A stretch of 64,000 nucleotides of DNA from positions 96,001-160,000 of the forward strand of contig CAVOGR010000001.1 of the NCBI GenBank assembly GCA_963695555.1, given 5' to 3'. Position 1 is the first letter of the stretch. Each line of letters opens with the position of its first letter. The position numbers and the translations under genes are program-made. The notes beneath the pieces are model-generated. The model was not told the DNA's origin, searched no databases, and was given only the letters and a program-made list of their open reading frames with translations. Shown here piece by piece: positions 55,731 through 64,000 of the stretch. Origin of the DNA: an uncultured Gemmatimonadales bacterium. GTDB lineage: Bacteria; Gemmatimonadota; Gemmatimonadetes; Gemmatimonadales; GWC2-71-9.

Positions 55731-55844
55731 TGGTGGAGCCTCCTGCCCGGACTCCTGATTCCCGACGATAGTAACCAGTTTGCGTCTGGGCGCCATCCCT
55801 TTCGGCTGCGTCGCACCGCGAGAATGTTCGGACCAGGAGGCCCC
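55731..55844 (-). ncRNA. Candidate 114-nt rod-shaped RNA with tRNA-like acceptor end
   Basis: 5' GGGGCCUCCUG pairs with CAGGAGGCUCC followed by ACCA; further stems AUUCUCG/CGGGAAU and CGGUG/UAUCG; apical CC-GAAA-GG and CCAG/CUGG hairpins. Confidence 0.5.
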
Positions 55845-56005
55845 CCGAGGCGATGTCCCGGGGAACTTCGGTATAAGCCACGACGTTCTTGCCAACTGAG
55901 ATCGTCGTTTGATGACTCCGGCTTCGGCCGGTAGGTTATGAGACCCGCCGTTCAGTCGAACCGGGCATGTCTGCTGCCCGGGACCCCTTTGTTTGAGGAA
56001 CGCGA

Positions 56006-58102
56006 GTGCGCCTTCGTCCGTGGATGATTCCCCTCGCTGCCGCCCTGGTCGTTGGCATGGTCGGGTGGTGGGCGCAAGCATCGACCGAACGGTCGCTCAA
56101 AAAGCAGCTGGCTACCCAGTTCGAGACCATTGTGGACGCCGATGTCGCGGCGCTCACCGTGTGGCTCGACGGTCAGGAGCGCGCGGTGCAGCAGTTCGCG
56201 GCCAGACCAGACTTCCGCCGGGCGGTCCTCGCCCTGGCCGATGCGGCGCACGAGCCATCGACCCCGCCTGATGTTCTGCGCGAGAGTGCCGAGCTCGCCA
56301 CCATCCGAGGCCTCGTGAACGAATCCCTCGAGCCTGGTCAACCGGCTGAGGGCTTCGTCATTCTCGATCGGGCAGGAAAGGTTCTCGGGGCCGACTTCGA
56401 CTACGTCATCGGACGAAGCCTCGCTGCAAAGGACGCCGACAGACTCGCCAAGGTGTTGGAGGGATCGGCCATTGTGCTGGGTCCGCTCCCGTTTCCGGTT
56501 CAGTCCAACGATGCCGCCGGCAGTTTCGATGCCCCTGCGTTATTCGTTGCGACTGCCGTGCACGACGGGGCAGGTCGGGGGCGTGCCGTATTCGCTCGCC
56601 GACTCGAGCCTGGCGCCGGCTTCTCACGGTCCCTTCAGGTTGCCCGCTTCGGCACGAGCGGCGAGACCTACGCCTTCAATGCCGAGGGCGTCGTGATTTC
56701 GGAGCTTCGCGGTGCCGCCGAGCTCCGGCGCCTTGGCTTACTCCCCAACGACCGGGGCACGCAGACCGCATTGTCTATCGCTCTGCGCGACCCGGGCGGG
56801 AATCTGCTGGAAGGTTTTGAGCCGGACGTTCCGCCCGCTGCGATGCCGCTGACCCGGATGGCGGCCGAAGCCATCTCTGGACGGAGTGGTGTCGACGTTG
56901 ACGGGTACCGCGATCTCCGCGGCGTTCCCGTGGTAGGCGCGTGGCGGTGGCTGCCAGCGCATGATTTGGGAGTTGCCGCCGAGGCCGATGCGAGCGAAGC
57001 CTTCAGCACACTCTTCGTGTTCCGCCGTGCATTCTGGAGCCTGGTCGGCTTGTTGGGATTGGCCGCTTTGGGCGGGCTGGTGTATTCGCTGTTATTTCGC
57101 AACCTTCGGCGTCGCGTTGCGCAAGCCGAGAAGCTGGGCCAGTACACGTTGGAGGAGAAACTCGGGGAGGGCGGGATGGGGACGGTGTATCGAGCCCGAC
57201 ACGCAATGCTTGCGCGTCCGACCGCCATCAAACTCCTCCGATCGGGTGAGACAACCCCGCAACTCCTGGCGCGGTTCGAGCGCGAGGTCCAGCTCACGAG
57301 CCAACTCACCAATCCCAACACGATTGCCATCTACGATTACGGGCGGACGCCGGATGGGGTGTTCTACTACGCCATGGAGTTTCTCGAAGGCGTTACGCTC
57401 GATACCCTCATCGAGATCGACGGCCCTCAGCCGTCGGGCCGGGTGGTCCACATCCTCCGCCAGATCGCCGGATCCTTGGCCGAGGCGCACGACATCGGGC
57501 TCATCCACCGCGACATCAAGCCCGCCAACATCATGATTCTGGCGCGCGGCGGGACGTACGATCTGGTCAAGGTGCTCGACTTCGGGCTCGTTCGGGAGGT
57601 GCACCAGTCCCGGGACGATATGCTCACGGCGGTGAATACCGTTCCGGGCACGCCGCACTTCATGGCGCCGGAATCTATCGAGTCTCCCGATGCCGTCGAT
57701 GCCAGGGCCGATATTTATGCCGTCGGCGCCGTGGCCTATTACCTGATCACGGGGACGCACCTGTTCGATGGCCAGAGCGTCATTCAGGTAATGACGCGTC
57801 ACGTGAACGACGCGCCGGAGTTGCCTTCCGTTCGGCTCGGCACGCCGATCGATCCAGGCCTGGAGCGGCTCATCCTCCGGATGTTGTCCAAGGACCCCGC
57901 CGCGCGGCCCGCCAACGGCCGCGAACTCCTCGCCGCGCTCTCGGACGGCACGGTGTCGCACGGTTCGATGTGGACCGAGCGGGATGCGAAGCTCTGGTGG
58001 GATACTCGCTCTGCGCCATGCCGGGACGCCGAATGCGCGGATGACGAGAGCTATGAGGGGGCGCTCGAGGTCGATCTCGAGTCCCGGGTATCGGTCGCCT
58101 GA
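56006..58102 (+). CDS. Transmembrane receptor Ser/Thr kinase with Cache-like extracytoplasmic domain
   Basis: TM-sensor (GETYAF, YRDLRGVPVVGAW)-TM-kinase (GEGGMGTVY, HRDIKPAN, DFG, GTPHFMAPE). Confidence 0.92.
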   Translation: MRLRPWMIPLAAALVVGMVGWWAQASTERSLKKQLATQFETIVDADVAALTVWLDGQERAVQQFAARPDFRRAVLALADAAHEPSTPPDVLRESAELATIRGLVNESLEPGQPAEGFVILDRAGKVLGADFDYVIGRSLAAKDADRLAKVLEGSAIVLGPLPFPVQSNDAAGSFDAPALFVATAVHDGAGRGRAVFARRLEPGAGFSRSLQVARFGTSGETYAFNAEGVVISELRGAAELRRLGLLPNDRGTQTALSIALRDPGGNLLEGFEPDVPPAAMPLTRMAAEAISGRSGVDVDGYRDLRGVPVVGAWRWLPAHDLGVAAEADASEAFSTLFVFRRAFWSLVGLLGLAALGGLVYSLLFRNLRRRVAQAEKLGQYTLEEKLGEGGMGTVYRARHAMLARPTAIKLLRSGETTPQLLARFEREVQLTSQLTNPNTIAIYDYGRTPDGVFYYAMEFLEGVTLDTLIEIDGPQPSGRVVHILRQIAGSLAEAHDIGLIHRDIKPANIMILARGGTYDLVKVLDFGLVREVHQSRDDMLTAVNTVPGTPHFMAPESIESPDAVDARADIYAVGAVAYYLITGTHLFDGQSVIQVMTRHVNDAPELPSVRLGTPIDPGLERLILRMLSKDPAARPANGRELLAALSDGTVSHGSMWTERDAKLWWDTRSAPCRDAECADDESYEGALEVDLESRVSVA

Positions 58103-58354
58103 ACCGGTCGCAGGGTAGGTGACTCGCGGTCTCGAGCGGGTACCTGCATCGTCCACACTCCGAAAAGAGATCCGTGACGCCCAAGGTGGAGCGAGCGACG
58201 GGTCCGAAGATCCTCATCACGTAGGTCCCATTCCCCCGAACGGCTTGCTATCCAAAGGGATGCGCGTTATTTGGACAGTTGGATCACCCAAAGTGGGAAG
58301 TTCCCTGGAGTACGCGCGCTACCCTGCCGCGTCGTCGCCGTGGAGCGCTGACCT

Positions 58355-59791
58355 ATGAGTTTCCCCTTCCGGCCAAAGCAGCCCCTGAGCCCGGTCGACC
58401 GCTTCCTCAAGCTGTTCACCGACATTCGTGGTGGCGAGAGCACGACAGCGCTCCTGCTCATGCTGAACGTCTTTCTACTCCTGACCGCCTATTACCTGAT
58501 CAAGGTGGTGCGTGAGTCGCTCATTCTGGTCGGAGGTAGCGCCGAACTAAGCGGAGCCCAACTAAAAAGCTATACCTCAGCAGGCCAGGCCATTCTCCTG
58601 CTCGGCGCGGTGCCGCTATATGGCATCCTGGCCAATCGATTCCCGCGGAAACAACTGATCAACCTCGTCACGTTTTTCTTTGTCGCGTGCCTGGTCGTGT
58701 TCTCCTTCCTCGCACGTATCGATGCACCGATCGGCGTCCCGTTCTACCTCTGGGTCGGGATATTCAACCTCATGGTCATCGCCCAATTCTGGGCCTTCGC
58801 TAACGACGTGTATACCACCGATGAGGGGAAGCGGCTGTTTCCCATCGTGGGCTTCGGCGCCTCGAGCGGGGCTGTCCTCGGGAGTTGGGTTGCCGCGCCA
58901 GGGCGGCTCCCTGAGTCGATCGGGGTCTACCAACTACTTCTCCTGGCCGCCGGCTTGCTAATCGTCAGCGTCTTGGTAACGAACTATCTTGATGCCCGTG
59001 AGCATCGCCGGACAGAAAGCCACATCGAACGTCAGTACACCACCGCCGAGCTGCCGGCGGCCACGGGCGAGTTCCGCCTCGAGACCGGTGAATTCAAGAT
59101 CCCGACTGAAGAGAAACAGGAAACGGCAACAGGGGGCGCCTTCCAATTGGTGTTTCGGAGCCGCTACCTCCTTCTTATCGCCTTGCTCATGTTGCTTCTG
59201 AATTGGGTCAATACGACGGGCGAATACATCCTCGGGCGGACGGTTGAGGATGCCGCCACCCGCGCGGTCGCAGCAGGTACCACCGGCGGTCTCTCGGAAG
59301 GTGAGTTTATTCGAAGGTTCTACTCGAATTTCTTCACGGGCGTGAATCTGGCCGGGATGCTGGCGCAGCTGTTCCTGGTTTCCCGCATCATCAAGTATGC
59401 CGGCGTGCGCCTTGCCGTACTGGTACTTCCGGTCATCGCGTTCGGTGGCTATGCCATCCTGGCCTTCTTTCCCGTCCTTTCCGCCGTCCGATGGGCCAAG
59501 ACCGCGGAAAATGCCACCGACTACTCACTCCAGAACACCGTCCGCAACGTGTTGTTCCTCCCCACCACGCGTGAAGAGAAATACAAGGCCAAGCAGGCCA
59601 TCGACTCATTCTTTGTCCGCGCGGGCGATGTCTTGTCCGCCGTGCTCGTCTTCGTGGGGACGACGTACTTGGCCATGGCGGCCAGGCACTTTGCCATCGT
59701 CAACTTGGTGCTGGTGGGAATCTGGCTCGTCATTGCGGCCTTGATCGGCCGAGAATATGTACGGTTGGCCCGCGAGGCTCGAGCGGCTTAG
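58355..59791 (+). CDS. NTT/TLC (Npt1/Npt2-like) nucleotide transporter family, MFS fold
   Basis: YYLIKVVRESL, QFWAFANDVY...GKRLFP, DYSL, EKYKAKQAIDSFFVRAGD. Confidence 0.88.
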   Translation: MSFPFRPKQPLSPVDRFLKLFTDIRGGESTTALLLMLNVFLLLTAYYLIKVVRESLILVGGSAELSGAQLKSYTSAGQAILLLGAVPLYGILANRFPRKQLINLVTFFFVACLVVFSFLARIDAPIGVPFYLWVGIFNLMVIAQFWAFANDVYTTDEGKRLFPIVGFGASSGAVLGSWVAAPGRLPESIGVYQLLLLAAGLLIVSVLVTNYLDAREHRRTESHIERQYTTAELPAATGEFRLETGEFKIPTEEKQETATGGAFQLVFRSRYLLLIALLMLLLNWVNTTGEYILGRTVEDAATRAVAAGTTGGLSEGEFIRRFYSNFFTGVNLAGMLAQLFLVSRIIKYAGVRLAVLVLPVIAFGGYAILAFFPVLSAVRWAKTAENATDYSLQNTVRNVLFLPTTREEKYKAKQAIDSFFVRAGDVLSAVLVFVGTTYLAMAARHFAIVNLVLVGIWLVIAALIGREYVRLAREARAA

Positions 59792-62046
59792 TCGGAGGGC
59801 GTGTCGGGCCTCGGCTTTCCGGTAAGCCGCTTCAGTGATTCCAACTGAATCACGATGGAGTCTTGCGATTTGAGGAGGTCGGCGAGGACTTCTCGCGACT
59901 CGCGAATCGACGGCGCCGTGGGCCTGGTGTCTTCGATGAACGGTTGCAGCTTGGTCCAGATTGCCGTGGGAAGCGCCGTTTCGAGGTATTCCAGGGCGGT
60001 TCCGCGGAGAATCGCATCGGTGGTGTGAATCCCCTGGAACGCCACCTTGAGGGGCTGAGGCGGATAGATCAGGGACAACATGGTGAACACGTGCTCCAGG
60101 CTTCGGTCGGCCCGCTCGCGCAGCACTTCATCCAAGACTGGTGACCAGTCCTCGTCCTCCAAGTGATCGAGGATGCGCCTCCCCTCCCAAACCCCGTGAT
60201 CTACCTCCATCTCTCGGTCGACGGCGCCGAGGATGCGGTCACGATCGATGTGAATGGACCCATCCAGTGTCCGGATGCGAGAGAGCACCCGGCCGGCGCG
60301 GTAGCGAACCTCGAAGCGCTGGTCGGAGAGCGCTTGGATCAGACCTTCGGCCGCGCGTTGACTCGGACAGCTGCCCAGGACCACCGGAATGCGGCGTCGA
60401 ACCGCGAACGGCTGATCCGGGTCGAGCAGGGCATCCACCAACTGGCCGACTGCGCGGCCCGTTACCGATCGGAGCGCAACCATGGCCTCGCGGGCGACCG
60501 GATCCCAGGCAAGCAGTGGGATCACGAAGGCCACCTGAGTCGAGGTGAGTGGCTCCCCGCTCAGGGCTTGCCGGACGCGGCCGGCGTCGCGTGAGGTCAA
60601 CTCCAGAGCCCGGGCTAGTTCAGGCTCGAGGCCGGCGACCGCAAGCTGCGGTCGCTGGCTCTCCCGCTCCACGGCTTCCAAGGATGCGGGACCACCTTGC
60701 TCGGCGCTCAACGCCGCCCGGAACTGGGTGAGGTCGATGCCCCCCACCGTGTGGAGCATGGCGGTGCTTGTCATTTCGTCGACCTCGTTCGGGTCGAGCT
60801 GATCGGCCTGGGAGAGGAGGCTTCGCTCCAAGGTGCGCAGATACCCTCGCTGGAGATGGCGAGCGACCCAGAGCGCAACACCCGAGAGAACGACGCCAAG
60901 TACCAGGATGATGGTCCACGCCTGGCGGGACGCGGCGAGGAGAATCGCCTGGATGATGCCCCCGCCTGCCGCGTCCCCCAAGCGGACCACTCCGACATCG
61001 ATGACGGCCTTGGTGGCCCGCTTGTCGCCGGGCGCCACGGGGCCGAACAGAAGCTCGTAGGCCGATCGGAAGACGGAGTTGCGGGTGATCGACTCGGCGC
61101 CACGCGCCAAGAGCACACCTCCGAGCCCGGGAAAGAGGAGTGCCCCAGACCCGCCGATCACCACAGCCGCTGGGAGCGTGGCCACACTCCGCGCCAGGCC
61201 GATTTTCTCGAGAATGCCTCGTGTCGCGGTGGTCTGGACGATCATGGTGACGAGCGACGTCCCGGTGTAGAAGATCGCGAAGAAGCGAAGCAAGGCATGC
61301 TCGTCAAAGGCGGCACTTGCGCGCGCCTTGAACACAAAATCGATGAGACCCTCACTCAGGGTGCCGAGCACGACGAGCGCGACGATGGTCCTGAGGTATG
61401 GCGTCGCGGCCAGAATCCGTAGTGGCGACGTGGTGCCGCGGCTCGAGGGTGTGGTGTGCCGAGTCGATCCAACTCGCTCACGGTCGGGTATCCGGGCCAC
61501 GAGCGCGGCGCTCGCGAAATGCAGCAAGGCCAGGATCGGCAGCATGGCCCCGATCGTATACATGGCTGCGACCCGTTCGGCGAGAATACCGCCCAGCAAG
61601 GCTCCGATGGTGCCCCCGGCAGCGATACGGCCGACTTGCCGCTTGGCGGTGCGGGGGTCGAACCGCTCATTGACGATCGACCAGAAGCCCGACACGAGTA
61701 GCGCGCCCAGTCCCGTGAAATGCATGTAGAGTGCGACGGCGATGGGACGCCGCCATGTGCCTATCAGCGACCATTCCACCAGGAGCAGGATTCCGCTCAC
61801 CACGAAGGTACCGAGCACCAGTCGCGCCGGGCCCCACCGGGTCATGGCCCGCGATGCCAAGGCCGCAAGCCCCAGTGACAGGAAGGCCGCCGCGATAATC
61901 ATGGTGGGGAGTGCCGTGATGCTAAAACTCGAGAGGAATAGGGCGTCGCGCGTTGCCTTGCCCGCCATTTGGAAGGCAATCATCGTCGCGGACCCGAGCG
62001 TCGCGGCGAGGATGGCGGAGCGCGTATCGGCGGCGGATGGAGTCAA
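59788..62046 (-). CDS. NTT/TLC-family transporter fused to HEAT repeats
   Basis: KATRDALFL, FWSIVNERFDPRTAKR, KAVIDVGVVRLGD; C-terminal HEAT repeats (LVDALLDPDQPFAVRR, LIQALSDQRFEVRYRA); AGGAG RBS before TTG. Confidence 0.85.
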   Translation of the reverse strand: MTPSAADTRSAILAATLGSATMIAFQMAGKATRDALFLSSFSITALPTMIIAAAFLSLGLAALASRAMTRWGPARLVLGTFVVSGILLLVEWSLIGTWRRPIAVALYMHFTGLGALLVSGFWSIVNERFDPRTAKRQVGRIAAGGTIGALLGGILAERVAAMYTIGAMLPILALLHFASAALVARIPDRERVGSTRHTTPSSRGTTSPLRILAATPYLRTIVALVVLGTLSEGLIDFVFKARASAAFDEHALLRFFAIFYTGTSLVTMIVQTTATRGILEKIGLARSVATLPAAVVIGGSGALLFPGLGGVLLARGAESITRNSVFRSAYELLFGPVAPGDKRATKAVIDVGVVRLGDAAGGGIIQAILLAASRQAWTIILVLGVVLSGVALWVARHLQRGYLRTLERSLLSQADQLDPNEVDEMTSTAMLHTVGGIDLTQFRAALSAEQGGPASLEAVERESQRPQLAVAGLEPELARALELTSRDAGRVRQALSGEPLTSTQVAFVIPLLAWDPVAREAMVALRSVTGRAVGQLVDALLDPDQPFAVRRRIPVVLGSCPSQRAAEGLIQALSDQRFEVRYRAGRVLSRIRTLDGSIHIDRDRILGAVDREMEVDHGVWEGRRILDHLEDEDWSPVLDEVLRERADRSLEHVFTMLSLIYPPQPLKVAFQGIHTTDAILRGTALEYLETALPTAIWTKLQPFIEDTRPTAPSIRESREVLADLLKSQDSIVIQLESLKRLTGKPRPDTPSD

Positions 62047-62492
62047 GAATTCTCCTGGTAACGGCCGTGGGGACCGATTGCTCGGATATCCCTACGCGTC
62101 GGGGGGACACGCCTGCTCGCCGGGATCGGCGTTCGACCCTGGATCGCGCCCTCGAGAGCCCGACCAGAAGTTACTGTGCGTCCTGGACCTGTCCAATTGT
62201 GGACGGGTCGCCTTGGCGCGTTCCAGCGGATGGGATAGCTTCTATGTTGTTCCCGCGAACCCTTCAACCCAACGTAACTCATGACGAGCGCCCGTCGACA
62301 GCGAGCCCCTGAGGGACGCGTCCTCCATAAGCCGTTCCCGGAGTGTTCGATCACCGAACCTCACCAGCCATCGATCTGTGGGCTGGTGAAGGCTCGAAGC
62401 CGGAGTTCCTCCCGAGCCGCGGCCCACGCGGAGTCTCGGGAGCACGCATCCAGCGGGCGCGATGCACCCGGCGGAGCGCAGCAGGGACCGTA

Positions 62493-63041
62493 ATGGCCGG
62501 CGATTTCACCACGCTGTTCGATCGGCTCGCCCAGAGCCGGGACCGGGTCCTCACCCTGGTTGAGGCGACCGACGAGCCACACCGCGCCACGCAGCCGGGT
62601 GAGGGGCAGTGGTCGATGCTCGAGGTGATAGAACATCTCGTGCTTGCAGAGGAGGGAACGCTCCGGGTGTTCGGCCAAGGGCCTGCGCCGCAGCCGCGTG
62701 TCAGGTTCCGCTCACGCCTCGCTCTTCGTGCCATCGAGCTGTTACTCGGGCTCGGCGCACGTGTCCGTGTCCCGTCCAAATCGCTGGCTCCGGCGGGTGC
62801 CGACTCGCTCGAGACATTGCGATCGCGATGGAGGGAAGCCCGCGAGGGCATTGTCGCGGTTGTGGATGGACTCGATGCGGGAGCACTCCGCCAGCCTCGA
62901 TTCCGTCATCCTGTTGCGGGATGGCTTACGGTCGGTCAGGGGCTCGATTTTCTGGAACGGCACATTCGCCACCACGAGCGGCAGCTTCATCGGATCCGCC
63001 GGGCCTTGCAGCCTCCCCAGGCCATTGAAGGCCCCACCTAG
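62493..63041 (+). CDS. DinB family protein
   Basis: WSMLEVIEHL, HPVAG, HIRHHERQL. Confidence 0.85.
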   Translation: MAGDFTTLFDRLAQSRDRVLTLVEATDEPHRATQPGEGQWSMLEVIEHLVLAEEGTLRVFGQGPAPQPRVRFRSRLALRAIELLLGLGARVRVPSKSLAPAGADSLETLRSRWREAREGIVAVVDGLDAGALRQPRFRHPVAGWLTVGQGLDFLERHIRHHERQLHRIRRALQPPQAIEGPT

Positions 63042-63139
63042 CCCGGCGCTCTTCACGCGGGACACCCGGGTGGGTCTTGGTGACGGTGTTGTGATGCGTG
63101 AATGGCAGCAGTCGGACTGCTGGGGTCGCCGATTCTTGC

Positions 63140-64000
63140 CTACCTCAACAAGTCGACCGCCCGCTGCAGCATGCTACGCATGTCAATCGAGTAGTTGTGC
63201 GCCGGTTCACCCCACCGACGATAGAGGGTTTCCTTCGAGAGCTCCAGGACCGGGCTGCGGCAGTCCGTTCGTGGTGGAGAATACCGATCTCGGTGCCATC
63301 GATCGGGATCTTTCACGAACACTGCACCGATGCCGTTGTCCGTGATTTTCATGAATCCAGGAGGGTCCGGGTCGTGAAGCGGCTGGACCACGTAGTTGAT
63401 GTCGGCCGTATCGCGTTGCGCGGCGTATCGGATGTGCAGCCAGGGTGAGCCGACGAGTTCTGCCGCTGGATCTTCAACTTGGTGCCACGGTCGGAACAGA
63501 GAGTCGAGCAGAGTCCTCTGGTCGAAGGCGTCGCGGTACTCTGCATACCCGCCGTCGTACACGCCGATCTTGTAGTCTGTCGCGTGCCCGAGAGACCGCA
63601 TGGTTCGATCGATCATGTAACACCGAGGCTGAACCAGGGCAAGCGAAACAGCAGCGGCGACGACTGTGGCTCCAACGATAATGGGCCTCGATGGACTCCG
63701 TGCTACGACGCGCCAGAACACCGCCAGAGGCAACACCATGACGGGGGTGAAGTGGTGCAGGGCCACGAAGGCAACCACATAGAAGAATGCCAAATATCCG
63801 ACCGTTATCACGGTCAGCGATCGACTGAGGGAATCGTGGGCACGTGTAAAGAACAGGGCGAATGGCGGAATGATACCAGCTGGTATCAGTAGAAAGAGCA
63901 AACGGTCATAGTCGTCGATCCGGAGAAACCGAAGGCGACTCAGGGTGTTGCCCATGTTCGAAGGGCTGAGCAGTTCGTTGTACAGGACGGCAAGCACGAT
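63140..64000 (-). CDS. C-terminal part of a polytopic membrane protein (5' end outside window)
   Basis: Open frame running off the window end; several TMs followed by a soluble domain. Confidence 0.7.
   Translation of the reverse strand: MVLAVLYNELLSPSNMGNTLSRLRFLRIDDYDRLLFLLIPAGIIPPFALFFTRAHDSLSRSLTVITVGYLAFFYVVAFVALHHFTPVMVLPLAVFWRVVARSPSRPIIVGATVVAAAVSLALVQPRCYMIDRTMRSLGHATDYKIGVYDGGYAEYRDAFDQRTLLDSLFRPWHQVEDPAAELVGSPWLHIRYAAQRDTADINYVVQPLHDPDPPGFMKITDNGIGAVFVKDPDRWHRDRYSPPRTDCRSPVLELSKETLYRRWGEPAHNYSIDMRSMLQRAVDLLR

Noticed and set aside
55731..55844. SRP (4.5S) RNA or c-di-GMP-I riboswitch call
   Set aside because: Ends and length resemble 4.5S RNA and GAAA/GACGCAAA words recall c-di-GMP-I, but the conserved cores are absent; left unclassified
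55731..55990. tmRNA or tRNA call for the CCACCA-ending element
   Set aside because: No T-arm (GGTTCGAnTCC) precedes the acceptor strand, there is no cloverleaf and no tag reading frame, and it is too short for tmRNA
62047..62492. About 450-bp intergenic gap
   Set aside because: No convincing ORF, repeat or RNA motif seen; probably a divergent promoter region

Overview
High-GC chromosomal window of about 55 protein-coding genes. The style of the Ser/Thr kinases and several lineage-type hypothetical proteins suggests Gemmatimonadota (inference, not tested). No rRNA, canonical tRNA, CRISPR array, prophage, integrase or transposase is visible. Recognisable modules: spmAB; an ABC ATPase-permease-AttH/lipocalin operon; an acyl-CoA ligase/enoyl-CoA hydratase pair; DNA topoisomerase IB; head-to-head Ku-LigD (NHEJ); mtnA coupled to a class II aldolase-family gene; cls-pspC; glutamate dehydrogenase; two tandem membrane diguanylate cyclases; a YbaK-Lon-like protease-USP operon; a split Na/Pi cotransporter + PhoU; and a receptor Ser/Thr kinase followed by two convergent NTT/TLC-family transporters. 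The most unusual signals are non-coding: (i) a 114-nt rod-shaped RNA candidate (55731-55844, minus) with a tRNA-Ala-like acceptor end (G3.U wobble, ACCA 3' end) but no T-arm; (ii) a roughly 100-nt miniature 6S-RNA-like candidate (4461-4559, plus); (iii) a recurring 25-bp quasi-palindrome TAA-N4-TTG-N5-CAA-N4-TTA in four intergenic regions. All calls are from reading motifs by eye; no database search was run.
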